The notes under the pieces were generated by a model. It did not search any database and was not told the DNA's origin. It worked only from the letters and a program-made list of their open reading frames with translations. A stretch of DNA of 50,839 nt from an uncultured Eubacteriales bacterium. GTDB lineage: Bacteria > Bacillota > Clostridia > Christensenellales > Borkfalkiaceae. The stretch is from the NCBI GenBank assembly GCA_900545325.1, contig UQZE01000001.1, forward strand, positions 1 through 50,839. Reading direction: 5' to 3'. Positions 9,315 to 16,650 of this stretch are shown in pieces (the first letter of the stretch is position 1; each line of letters opens with the position of its first letter). Position numbers and translations under genes: made by a program.

Positions 9315-9887
9315 ATGAAAAACTCAACGACCTTTGAAAATCTCGCAAGATCTTTTGCGGGCGAATCGCAAGCGGGCTTACGCTATCAGATTATAGCCGA
9401 TATGTGTATGCAGCAAGGTTACAACTCTCTTGCGGACGAACTGAAAACGATTGCCAAAAACGAAGTTCAGCACGCCAAAACTTATTACCATCTTTTAACG
9501 GAAAACGGCGGCAGCGCAGACAATATCGATATTTGCGCCGGATATCCGTTCGAAAAGATAACTATCGAAGACGGTTTAAGAGAAGCAATGCTGGCGGAGA
9601 AGGAGGAAGCGGATAAAGTTTATCCCGAATTCGCGAAGATCGCCCGGAACGAAGGTTTCACCGGGATCGCGAAAAAATTTGAACTAACAGCAAAAGTCGA
9701 AAAAGAGCACGAACTCAAATTCAAGTATCTGTACGAAAGTTTCAAAAACGGTACGCTTTTCAAAGCGAAACAGCCTACCTACTGGGAATGTTCGGTTTGC
9801 GGACACGTTGAAGCGAGGGAAGAAGCGTGGAATGTATGCCCGCTTTGCAATTCTTCGCAGGGGTTTGTCAAATTAAAGTTAAATTAA
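9315..9887 (+). CDS. rbr: rubrerythrin
   Basis: ORF 9264..9887 trimmed to ATG 9315, which follows GAGGGGG. Ferritin-like diiron motifs (ESQAGLRY, EVQHAKTYY, EKEHELKF) and a C-terminal rubredoxin-type CSVCG..CPLC. Confidence 0.9.
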   Translation: MKNSTTFENLARSFAGESQAGLRYQIIADMCMQQGYNSLADELKTIAKNEVQHAKTYYHLLTENGGSADNIDICAGYPFEKITIEDGLREAMLAEKEEADKVYPEFAKIARNEGFTGIAKKFELTAKVEKEHELKFKYLYESFKNGTLFKAKQPTYWECSVCGHVEAREEAWNVCPLCNSSQGFVKLKLN

Positions 9888-9903
9888 AGGAGATAATTTC
9901 GTA

Positions 9904-10078
9904 ATGAAAAACGTTAAGAACGCGAAGAATGCCAAAAGCACGACTGAAAAAGGCAAGAAAACGAGTCAGGAAAAGAATTGCAGATAATCAAAGCAATTTT
10001 GACGTAACAGGCTCCTATACGGGAATAAACTTATACGATATGTTCGACGAACCCGTACAGGACGCAGACGATCTATAA
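9904..10078 (+). pseudogene. small Lys/Asn-rich, acidic-tailed ORF split between two frames at an A-run
   Basis: AAGGAG SD (9887-9892), then ATG 9904 giving a 27-aa peptide. The +1 frame continues to 10078 (..NFDVTGSYTGINLYDMFDEPVQDADDL). One A fewer in A4 (9971-9974) would fuse them into a 57-aa protein. Confidence 0.35.
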
Positions 10079-10170
10079 CCGAATTTAAGCAAAAATTTTT
10101 CGATAAACTACTTTTCGTTAAAAATTTTTTTGCACACGATCCCCGCCGGATAAATTTTTCCGGCGGGGAT

Positions 10171-10198
10171 TTACTTTTTCTGCATTTTATGTTAAAGT
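10171..10198 (+). promoter_or_regulatory. promoter with extended -10; candidate leaderless start for GNAT gene
   Basis: TTACTT, 16-nt spacer ending TGt, TAAAGT (10193-10198), then 6 nt to ATG 10205. No SD. Confidence 0.4.
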
Positions 10199-10204
10199 AA
10201 AAGC

Positions 10205-10648
10205 ATGAAAATATTTGAAGCAACCGAAAGACCGTCCGCCCTCATAACCGATCTATTGCAGATCTGGGAAAATTCCGTACGCTCTACCCATACGTTCTTA
10301 TCGGAAAGTGAAATTCTCGAAATAAAAAAATTCGTTCCGCAGGCGCTCGCGGGCGTTTCGCGCCTGGTTATAGCAACAGAAAACGGCCGGCCGACCGCCT
10401 TTATGGGCACAGAGGGACAAAAGTTAGAAATGCTGTTTGTCGCGCCCGAAATGCGGGGGAAAGGCATCGGAAAAGCCCTTCTTTTACACGCGACCGAGAA
10501 GTATTCCGTAAACGAACTGACCGTTAACGAAGAAAATCCCCTTGCAAAGGGTTTTTACGAGCACATGGGATTTACCGCGGTCGGAAGGAGCGAGGTCGAC
10601 GGACAGGGAAATCCCTATCCCGTAGTATATATGAAAAAATTCGATTAA
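10205..10648 (+). CDS. GNAT family N-acetyltransferase (YjaB-like)
   Basis: 147-aa ORF with LFVAPEMRGKGIGKALL and AKGFYEHMGF motifs. Confidence 0.8.
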   Translation: MKIFEATERPSALITDLLQIWENSVRSTHTFLSESEILEIKKFVPQALAGVSRLVIATENGRPTAFMGTEGQKLEMLFVAPEMRGKGIGKALLLHATEKYSVNELTVNEENPLAKGFYEHMGFTAVGRSEVDGQGNPYPVVYMKKFD

Positions 10649-10649
10649 A

Positions 10650-10683
10650 AGAAAATTCCCGCCGTTCGGGCGGGAATTTTTTA
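10650..10683. terminator. bidirectional intrinsic terminator
   Basis: AATTCCCGCC / GGCGGGAATT stem flanked by A- and T-runs, between convergent genes. Confidence 0.8.
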
Positions 10684-11490
10684 TTCGTCTTTCAGGCTGT
10701 TGCCGAGATAGGTTCCGAATGTGGTCGGCTTTTTCTTGGGTTCTCTGCCGAGGGAGGAAAATCCGCTTCTTCCGCCTCTGCCGCCGCGGTCGCGCCTGTC
10801 GCCGCGTCTGTCGTCCCTGCGGCCGCCGTAATTTCTGTTGCCGCCGCGGTTTCTGTCGTTATATTTTTTCACGTAGGGTTTCTTTTCGTTGGGAATGATC
10901 ACCACGTGTCTGTTCGGTTCTTTTCCTTCGCTCGCCGTGGTAACGGTTTCGCTCGCCGCCAGCGTGGAATGTATCACCCTCCTTTCGTAAGGATTCATCG
11001 GTTCCAGAGAAACGTCTCTGCCCAGCCTTACCGCCTTGTCCGCGAGTTTATTCGCCAGGTTCACGAGCGTTTCCTCTCTCTTTTCCCTGTAACCTTCGCA
11101 GTCCACAACCACGCGCTTATAGTTCTTGTTGCCGATATTCGCAACCGCCCCCGCAAGCGCCTGCAACGCGTCGAGCACTTCGCCGCGGTATCCTATGACC
11201 GCGGAGGACGAAGTAGTGATCACGTTGATGACAATGTTTTCACCCTCGCTCACGAGTTCGGCTTTTGCGCTGAGGTCCATTTTCTCGAACAAACCTTCCA
11301 AAAACTGCACGGCCCTGCTGCCGCCGGAAAGTTTGACGGATACGTCCACTTCGGCTTCCTTTTTCACTTTGCCGAAAAGACCTTTCACTTCTTCGGCGAG
11401 AACTTTGATTTCAGCCTGTTCTTCCGTGATGGAATAATAGCTCAGTCCCGCCGAGATGGCTTCCGCCACCGTCTTACCTTTAAAAACCAT
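10681..11490 (-). CDS. khpB: RNA-binding protein KhpB/Jag (Jag_N-KH-R3H) with an Arg/Gly-rich C-terminal tail
   Basis: N-terminal MVFKGKTVAEAISAGL..ITEEQ, a KH-like core and an R3H segment (MNPYERRVIHSTL). Sits downstream of yidC as in other Firmicutes. GGAGG SD. Confidence 0.85.
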   Translation of the reverse strand: MVFKGKTVAEAISAGLSYYSITEEQAEIKVLAEEVKGLFGKVKKEAEVDVSVKLSGGSRAVQFLEGLFEKMDLSAKAELVSEGENIVINVITTSSSAVIGYRGEVLDALQALAGAVANIGNKNYKRVVVDCEGYREKREETLVNLANKLADKAVRLGRDVSLEPMNPYERRVIHSTLAASETVTTASEGKEPNRHVVIIPNEKKPYVKKYNDRNRGGNRNYGGRRDDRRGDRRDRGGRGGRSGFSSLGREPKKKPTTFGTYLGNSLKDE

Positions 11491-11545
11491 TTTTTCCTCC
11501 GTTGCGGCTTTTCGCCGCTATTTACAAAACGCCGTATGCGTTTTT

Positions 11546-13132
11546 TTACTTTTCGTCCCCGTCTTTCTTATCGTCCACGCCGCGTTCGGTACGCTCCAGA
11601 ACGACCTTTTTGACGATCCTGTTCGCCTTTGCCCTTTCCTTTTTCTCTTTCGGGGTAAGTTCGCGCTTGTCCTTTTTACGGCGCTTTTTCTTCGGCTCGT
11701 CGTCGGCATCGGGCATTTCAAATTCTTCGCCCTGCTTTTCGAGCGCCTTTTTGAAACGGATATCCACCACCTTATTGATGAGCAGGGTGGTGAGCATACT
11801 TACCACGTTGCTTACGATAATGTATATCGAGAACGCCGCCGTATACATGAGGGAGAAGAAACCCATCATGATGGGCATCATCCACATCATCACTTTCTGC
11901 GTCATCATGCCCTGGCCGTCCACGCTCTGCAGTTCCATCTGCGCCTTTTGGCCTCTCGACATCACCCATTGCATCAGCAGAGAAAATCCCGCCGTCAGCA
12001 CCACGAGCACGAGATACCCGTTCACCTGTTCTTTTTCCGTGCCGAGTTTGGCCGTCAAATTATCGTATTGCAGGGGATCGGACGTATACTTGGAAAGATT
12101 GTATTTTGAATTGAAAGTATTGTAATCTTTGTACACGGGGTGCTGGAAAGGCGTATCGGGCATCCAAATGTTCTTGATCCACAAAAAGCTTTCCTTTTCC
12201 TCGCGGTATTTTTCAGCCGAGCGGGTCTGCTGTATATCCAGCACGAAATTATAAACCGCAGCGTCCTCTGTCAGCGCGGCGTCGTTTTTCTGCTCCTCCG
12301 CGAAATACTCTTCAAACGTCTGTCCCGCGGAATTCTTCATTCCTTTGGCTTTGAAGGCTTCCACGTCCAGTTCGGGCCTCGTAGAGGCGAAATCGTAAAC
12401 GGAAGTTTCGCCGTTTACCGTCTTTTTGATGATTTTATTGTATTCTATATAGCCGCCTTCGGTAAAATACGTTACCGTGCCGATACTCTGATCGTCCTCC
12501 GCCTCTTTGAAATCGTAAACGACTTTCAGCGCGGGTTCGGTCGTAAGCGTGAGCGTATACGTGCCGCTTTCCTGAAAATCTTCCTGCTTTTCAGCCTCTG
12601 CAAACACCGCTTTGTCGTCTATGACCACCTTGCCTTCTTCGTTGTGCCAGATGTAGTTATCAACATCCAGAACGCCCTCGTCCACCACGGAATTGAAAGC
12701 GGTGTTCATATTGTAGAGATATTTGATGTTCTGATAAGTGGAATACTGGCTGAACGCGTTCAGTACGATGATAAAAAATACCAGCGTTATGATGGAGGGC
12801 AGACAGGCGCCGAACATGGAATAGCCTTCCTTTTTATAGAGCGCGGCCATCTTCATGTTGTAGGTCTGCTTGTCTCCGGCGTATTGTTTCTGCAGTTTTT
12901 CGAGCTGCGGCCGCATCTGTTCCATTTTGAGGGAATTGCGGCGCATGGACGCCCTCGAATAAAAGTCGAGGGGAAAAGTTACGAGTTTCAGCGCGAGCGT
13001 GAACATCGTTACGCCGAGCACGATGGTGGGGAACCAGTTTATAAACGTGGCGATCCAGCTGTTGAGCCCCGAAATCGTCGGCTCTTTAAAGCTGTAATAC
13101 GCTACAGCGGCCAGTATATTTGTCAAATTCAT
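11546..13132 (-). CDS. yidC: YidC/Oxa1-family membrane insertase (enlarged)
   Basis: FPLDFYSRASMRR..MRPQLEKLQKQY..KMAALYKKEGYSMFGACLP and the later TM helices match the YidC core. rnpA-yidD-yidC-jag synteny. Confidence 0.9.
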   Translation of the reverse strand: MNLTNILAAVAYYSFKEPTISGLNSWIATFINWFPTIVLGVTMFTLALKLVTFPLDFYSRASMRRNSLKMEQMRPQLEKLQKQYAGDKQTYNMKMAALYKKEGYSMFGACLPSIITLVFFIIVLNAFSQYSTYQNIKYLYNMNTAFNSVVDEGVLDVDNYIWHNEEGKVVIDDKAVFAEAEKQEDFQESGTYTLTLTTEPALKVVYDFKEAEDDQSIGTVTYFTEGGYIEYNKIIKKTVNGETSVYDFASTRPELDVEAFKAKGMKNSAGQTFEEYFAEEQKNDAALTEDAAVYNFVLDIQQTRSAEKYREEKESFLWIKNIWMPDTPFQHPVYKDYNTFNSKYNLSKYTSDPLQYDNLTAKLGTEKEQVNGYLVLVVLTAGFSLLMQWVMSRGQKAQMELQSVDGQGMMTQKVMMWMMPIMMGFFSLMYTAAFSIYIIVSNVVSMLTTLLINKVVDIRFKKALEKQGEEFEMPDADDEPKKKRRKKDKRELTPKEKKERAKANRIVKKVVLERTERGVDDKKDGDEK

Positions 13133-13143
13133 CTTTTAATTCC

Positions 13144-13383
13144 TTAATATACCCACTTGACAACGCTCTTTTTGTCGGGCACTTTGTCGAACCCGCCTTT
13201 TGAAAAAGGATTGCAACGCAAAATACGCCAGAAAGCCAAAACGCAGCCGACGAGAAAGCCCCTTTTTAAAATGGCTTCCAAAGCGTACTGCGAACAGGTC
13301 GGCGTATAGCGGCAATTGCTGCCAAGCTGCGGCGATATGCATTTCTGATAAAATTTAATGAGGAATATTCCGATCTTTTTCAT
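13144..13383 (-). CDS. yidD: membrane protein insertion efficiency factor YidD
   Basis: FYQKCISPQLGSNCRYTPTCSQYALEA..RILRCNPFSKGGFD is the YidD signature. Confidence 0.9.
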   Translation of the reverse strand: MKKIGIFLIKFYQKCISPQLGSNCRYTPTCSQYALEAILKRGFLVGCVLAFWRILRCNPFSKGGFDKVPDKKSVVKWVY

Positions 13384-13702
13384 CTTTGAAAAGTCCCGCT
13401 TTCTTCAGCATGTAGCCCATGCTACTCTTAAATTCGGCAAGGGAATATTCTTCCCTGACTTTCGGGATAAAAACAAAAAAGAAGCCGTCTTTTACGAAGG
13501 AAAAGTAACTTCTGAATGCTTCCCTCAAAAGACGTTTGATCCTGTTTCGCTTCACGCTGGAACCGTGTTTTTTTCCCACGGCATATCCTACTTTTTTCGT
13601 ATCGGCGGCAAAGTAAATCAACGTAAGATTGTTCGAAAACACTCTCGTTCCTTTTTTAAAAACCTTGTCAAAGTCCTCACTTCTTTTTAATCTGTATTCC
13701 AA
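13355..13702 (-). CDS. rnpA: ribonuclease P protein component
   Basis: LKRSEDFDKVFKKG.., GYAVGKKHGSSVKRNRIKRLLREAF. TTG start 18 nt after rpmH. Confidence 0.9.
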   Translation of the reverse strand: MEYRLKRSEDFDKVFKKGTRVFSNNLTLIYFAADTKKVGYAVGKKHGSSVKRNRIKRLLREAFRSYFSFVKDGFFFVFIPKVREEYSLAEFKSSMGYMLKKAGLFKDEKDRNIPH

Positions 13703-13720
13703 TTAAGTTGCCCCGAAATT

Positions 13721-13855
13721 TTAAGCGGAAAGCTTATGGCGGCCCTTATTGCGGCGTCTTTTCAAAACGTTCCTGCCGCTCTTCGTCTTCATTCTCTTTC
13801 TGAAACCGTGTACCTTGCTTCTCTGTCTTTTTTTGGGCTGATATGTTCTTTTCAT
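13721..13855 (-). CDS. rpmH: 50S ribosomal protein L34
   Basis: Not in the ORF track because it is only 44 aa. Manual translation gives [52 protein letters not shown]. Confidence 0.95.
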   Translation of the reverse strand: MKRTYQPKKRQRSKVHGFRKRMKTKSGRNVLKRRRNKGRHKLSA

Positions 13856-13893
13856 ATTATTCCGTCCTCTTTTTAGTAGTTTTGCGTTTTTTT

Positions 13894-13922
13894 ATTATAG
13901 TAAAGTTTTCTTTTTTTGTCAA
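13894..13922 (-). promoter_or_regulatory. consensus sigmaA promoter of rpmH operon
   Basis: On the minus strand: TTGACA (13922-13917), 17-nt spacer, TATAAT (13899-13894). It starts 5 nt after the dnaN stop. Confidence 0.75.
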
Positions 13923-13926
13923 TCTT

Positions 13927-15030
13927 TTAAGCGTTAATTCTCACGGGCAGCACCAAATACAGGTAATTATCCCCGCTGACGGGCTTGATTATGCAGGGCG
14001 CGATGGGGGAATTTAAGTAAATATTGATGAATTCGTCCTCCGCGATGCGCAGAAATTCCGTAATGTATTTAGAGTTGAAGGCGATCGTTATGTCCTTGCC
14101 CTCCATATTGACGTTCACCGGCTCGTTCACGTTGCCTATCTCGCTCTTGGAGATGACGTACATGAACTTTTCCTTGATGTCGAACTTGACGATGGAGATC
14201 CTGTCGCTCCGCGCGAGCACCGACGCTCTTTCCACGCTGGCGGCGAGCGTCTTTACGTTCACCCTTACGTTGGTTACGAACTCCGAAGGAATGATCTGCT
14301 TGTAATTGATAAATTCGCCCTCCAGCAGGCGGGAGATGAGCGTGGTGCCGTTCGTCTCCACCATGAGGGTGTTTTTATTGAGCGTTACTTTTAAATCCTC
14401 TTCGTCCTTATCGAGCAGCCTCACGATTTCCATCAGCGTGCGGGAAGGGATTATGGCCTTCATTTCCGCGGAAAAACCGCTCACGTCCGCGCGGGCGAGC
14501 GACAGCCTGAAGCCGTCCAGCGCGACCGCCGTAGCCCTGGCGTTGGCGATCTCGAAGAGTACGCCCTTTAATATGGGGCGGCTGTCGTCCTGCGAACAGG
14601 CGAAAACCGTCATGTTGGTCAGGCGTTTGAAATCGCTTTGTTTCATCACGAAGAAATTGTCGTTTATCTTTTTATCCGCGCGCGGGAACTCTTCGGCGGA
14701 AAAGCACTGCATCTCGCTTTCCGAATCCGAGTATTTTATTTTAAGCTGGTTTTCATCCGCCAGAGAAAGCTCCACCTGTTCGTTTTCCAGCTTTTTGACG
14801 AATTCCGCGAAGAACTTGCCCGTTACAACGGTTTCGCCCTCCATCAGGACTTCCGCCCTCACGTTTTTTTCGATGGTCAGTTCCGTATCGGTGGCAACGA
14901 GCGTAAGCGTATCGCCTTTCGCCTTGAGATATATTCCCTCCAGAACGGGATTCGTCTTTTTTACGCCGAGCGCTTTGCTTACTTTAAGCACCGCGTCCGA
15001 AAGGTCCAAACCGTCGCAAATGATCTTCAT
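13927..15030 (-). CDS. dnaN: DNA polymerase III beta sliding clamp
   Basis: 367 aa. N-terminus MKIICDGLDLSDAVLKVSKAL...NPVLEGIYLKAKGDTLTLVATDTE and typical length. GGAG SD. Confidence 0.95.
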   Translation of the reverse strand: MKIICDGLDLSDAVLKVSKALGVKKTNPVLEGIYLKAKGDTLTLVATDTELTIEKNVRAEVLMEGETVVTGKFFAEFVKKLENEQVELSLADENQLKIKYSDSESEMQCFSAEEFPRADKKINDNFFVMKQSDFKRLTNMTVFACSQDDSRPILKGVLFEIANARATAVALDGFRLSLARADVSGFSAEMKAIIPSRTLMEIVRLLDKDEEDLKVTLNKNTLMVETNGTTLISRLLEGEFINYKQIIPSEFVTNVRVNVKTLAASVERASVLARSDRISIVKFDIKEKFMYVISKSEIGNVNEPVNVNMEGKDITIAFNSKYITEFLRIAEDEFINIYLNSPIAPCIIKPVSGDNYLYLVLPVRINA

Positions 15031-15039
15031 AAATTTCTC

Positions 15040-15186
15040 CGTAAACTGTCGTTTCGATATTCTATTATATTATATATGATAGATTGAAAAAAATCAATAA
15101 AATGCGGCTCTTTTTTGTCCGTTTTTTAAGGAAAGGATATTATTTCTTTTTTTAAATTTAAATCAGTAGTCATTATTATAAGGCGG
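15040..15186. other. AT-rich tract (candidate DNA unwinding region) ending in a GGCGG block
   Basis: Long A/T runs (TATTATATTATATATGATAGATTGAAAAAAATCAATAAAAT; TTTTTTTAAATTTAAATCAGTAGTCATTATTATAA) lie between the dnaN start and the DnaA-box array. Confidence 0.4.
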
Positions 15187-15194
15187 TGTATATT

Positions 15195-15382
15195 TGTGGA
15201 AAGCGCCGTTTCCGCTATGTATAGACTGACGTTTTAAAGTGGATAAACTGTGATTTGTTTTGTGGACAAGCTGTGAAAAGCTTGTGGAAGAACGGCGCTT
15301 TCGGTTCTGAAAGGCAGAGGCGGGGCGGGCGCATTTTTTCCCGCGTCAGAAAACGGGTAAGTTTTCCGCACGCTGTGGAAAA
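15195..15382 (+). promoter_or_regulatory. array of five same-orientation DnaA-box-like 9-mers (candidate oriC)
   Basis: TGTGGAAAG 15195, AGTGGATAA 15238, TGTGGACAA 15261, TGTGGAAGA 15283, TGTGGAAAA 15374. Each has 1-2 mismatches to TGTGGATAA. Confidence 0.6.
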
Positions 15383-15406
15383 GAAATGTGAATATCTTTG
15401 TTTTCG

Positions 15407-15435
15407 TTGTGTATTTTCCGAAAATATGTTAATAT
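15407..15435 (+). promoter_or_regulatory. promoter with extended -10; candidate leaderless start for rsmG
   Basis: TTGTGT, 17-nt spacer ending TGt, TAATAT (15430-15435), then 7 nt to ATG 15443. No SD. Confidence 0.45.
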
Positions 15436-15442
15436 CTTTACT

Positions 15443-16120
15443 ATGAAAGAGCTTTTCGGAAAATACGGCATATCGCTCACAGACGCCCAGGCGGAAAAAT
15501 TCGCGAAGTTTTACGCGTTTTTGACCTCGGAAAACGAAAAATACAATTTAACCGCCATCACGACGGAGGAAGAGGTATACGAAAAACATTTTATAGACAG
15601 TCTTCTTTGTGTGGATAAGTTGTGCGGAAAAACGCTGCTCGACGTGGGCAGCGGCGGCGGCATGCCCGCCGTGCCGCTGGCGGTCGTGAAAGAGGATATT
15701 TCCTTTACGCTGCTCGAAGCGACGGGAAAGAAGTGTAATTTTTTGAAAAGCGCGGCCGCGCTTTTGGATCTTAAAAACGTAAAGGTGATAAACGGGCGGG
15801 CGGAAGAGCTGGCGAAAGGGGAGATGCGGGAAAGTTTCGATATCGTTACGGCGCGGGGCGTGGCCCGCATGAACACGCTTGCGGAATACTGCCTGCCGTT
15901 CGTAAAAAAAGGAGGCGTATTCGTGGCGTTCAAGGCGGACGCGGAAGAAGAGGTGAAAGAGGCGGCGTCCGCGCTGAAAATACTCGGCGGCGAAGTGGAG
16001 TATACGGTGAAAAAACAGCTCGGGGAGGCGAAACGAGAAATGATATTCGTCCGCAAAACGGGCGCAACGCCGCCGAAATATCCGCGCGGCAACGGTAAGG
16101 AGAGAAAATGCCCGCTGTAA
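15443..16120 (+). CDS. rsmG: 16S rRNA (guanine527-N7)-methyltransferase RsmG/GidB
   Basis: ORF 15398..16120 trimmed to MKELFGKYGISLTDAQAEKF..YNLTAI. SAM motif LLDVGSGGGMPAVPLA. Confidence 0.9.
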   Translation: MKELFGKYGISLTDAQAEKFAKFYAFLTSENEKYNLTAITTEEEVYEKHFIDSLLCVDKLCGKTLLDVGSGGGMPAVPLAVVKEDISFTLLEATGKKCNFLKSAAALLDLKNVKVINGRAEELAKGEMRESFDIVTARGVARMNTLAEYCLPFVKKGGVFVAFKADAEEEVKEAASALKILGGEVEYTVKKQLGEAKREMIFVRKTGATPPKYPRGNGKERKCPL

Positions 16121-16563
16121 AGGCCGTCGCGGTAACGGGGCACAGGGATATGTCCCGCGGCATAGACGATAAAAAACTGCAGGATATCCTCGTTTCCCTG
16201 ATAGAGAGGGGATACAGGACTTTTTATCTCGGTCTGGCGCTCGGTTTCGACACCTATTGTTTTCGCACGCTGTTTTTATTGAAGAAAAAGTATAAACTGA
16301 AACTGATCGGCTGTGCGCCTTATGAAAATCAAAGCGAAAAATGGAGCGCGCGCGATAAAGAGATATACCGTTATATGTGCTCGCTTTGCGACGAGCGCGT
16401 TGCCGTGAGCGAAAATTATTATCCGGGCTGTATGATGAAGAGAAACGCCTATATGGTGGACAGATCGGAGGTCGTGCTCGCCTATCTCAACAAGAGCGCG
16501 GGCGGCACCTATAATACGGTGAAATACGCCGTATCGCAGGGAAAGAAAATCATATATATATGA
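16108..16563 (+). CDS. SLOG-fold DUF1273/YpsA-like protein
   Basis: VAVTGHRDM.., YRTFYLGLALGFDT and GGTYNTVKYA resemble the YpsA/DUF1273 family. AAGGAG SD. Overlaps the rsmG stop. Confidence 0.65.
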   Translation: MPAVKAVAVTGHRDMSRGIDDKKLQDILVSLIERGYRTFYLGLALGFDTYCFRTLFLLKKKYKLKLIGCAPYENQSEKWSARDKEIYRYMCSLCDERVAVSENYYPGCMMKRNAYMVDRSEVVLAYLNKSAGGTYNTVKYAVSQGKKIIYI

Positions 16564-16564
16564 A

Positions 16565-16594
16565 AACGCCCCCGCAGCCGCGGAGGCGTTTTTT
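16565..16594. terminator. intrinsic terminator between convergent genes
   Basis: AACGCC..CCGC / GCGG..GGCGTT stem followed by a T-run. Confidence 0.6.
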
Positions 16595-16650
16595 ACTGTT
16601 TAGACGGGGTTGACGGGCCGCGGCAGCGCACGGCGGATATTTATCCCGAT

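Noticed and set aside
15161-15181. A trinucleotide-periodic A/T tract (AAT CAG TAG TCA TTA TTA TAA) next to the GGCGG block, considered as DnaA-trios.
   Set aside because: Only two of the triplets fit the TAG/TAA trio form as I remember it, and the phase is ambiguous. It is mentioned only as part of the AT-rich tract and is not called.
15255-15446. A 63-aa ORF inside the DnaA-box region, considered as a possible dnaA remnant.
   Set aside because: No similarity to any DnaA domain, no SD, and it overlaps the rsmG promoter. It is a chance ORF.
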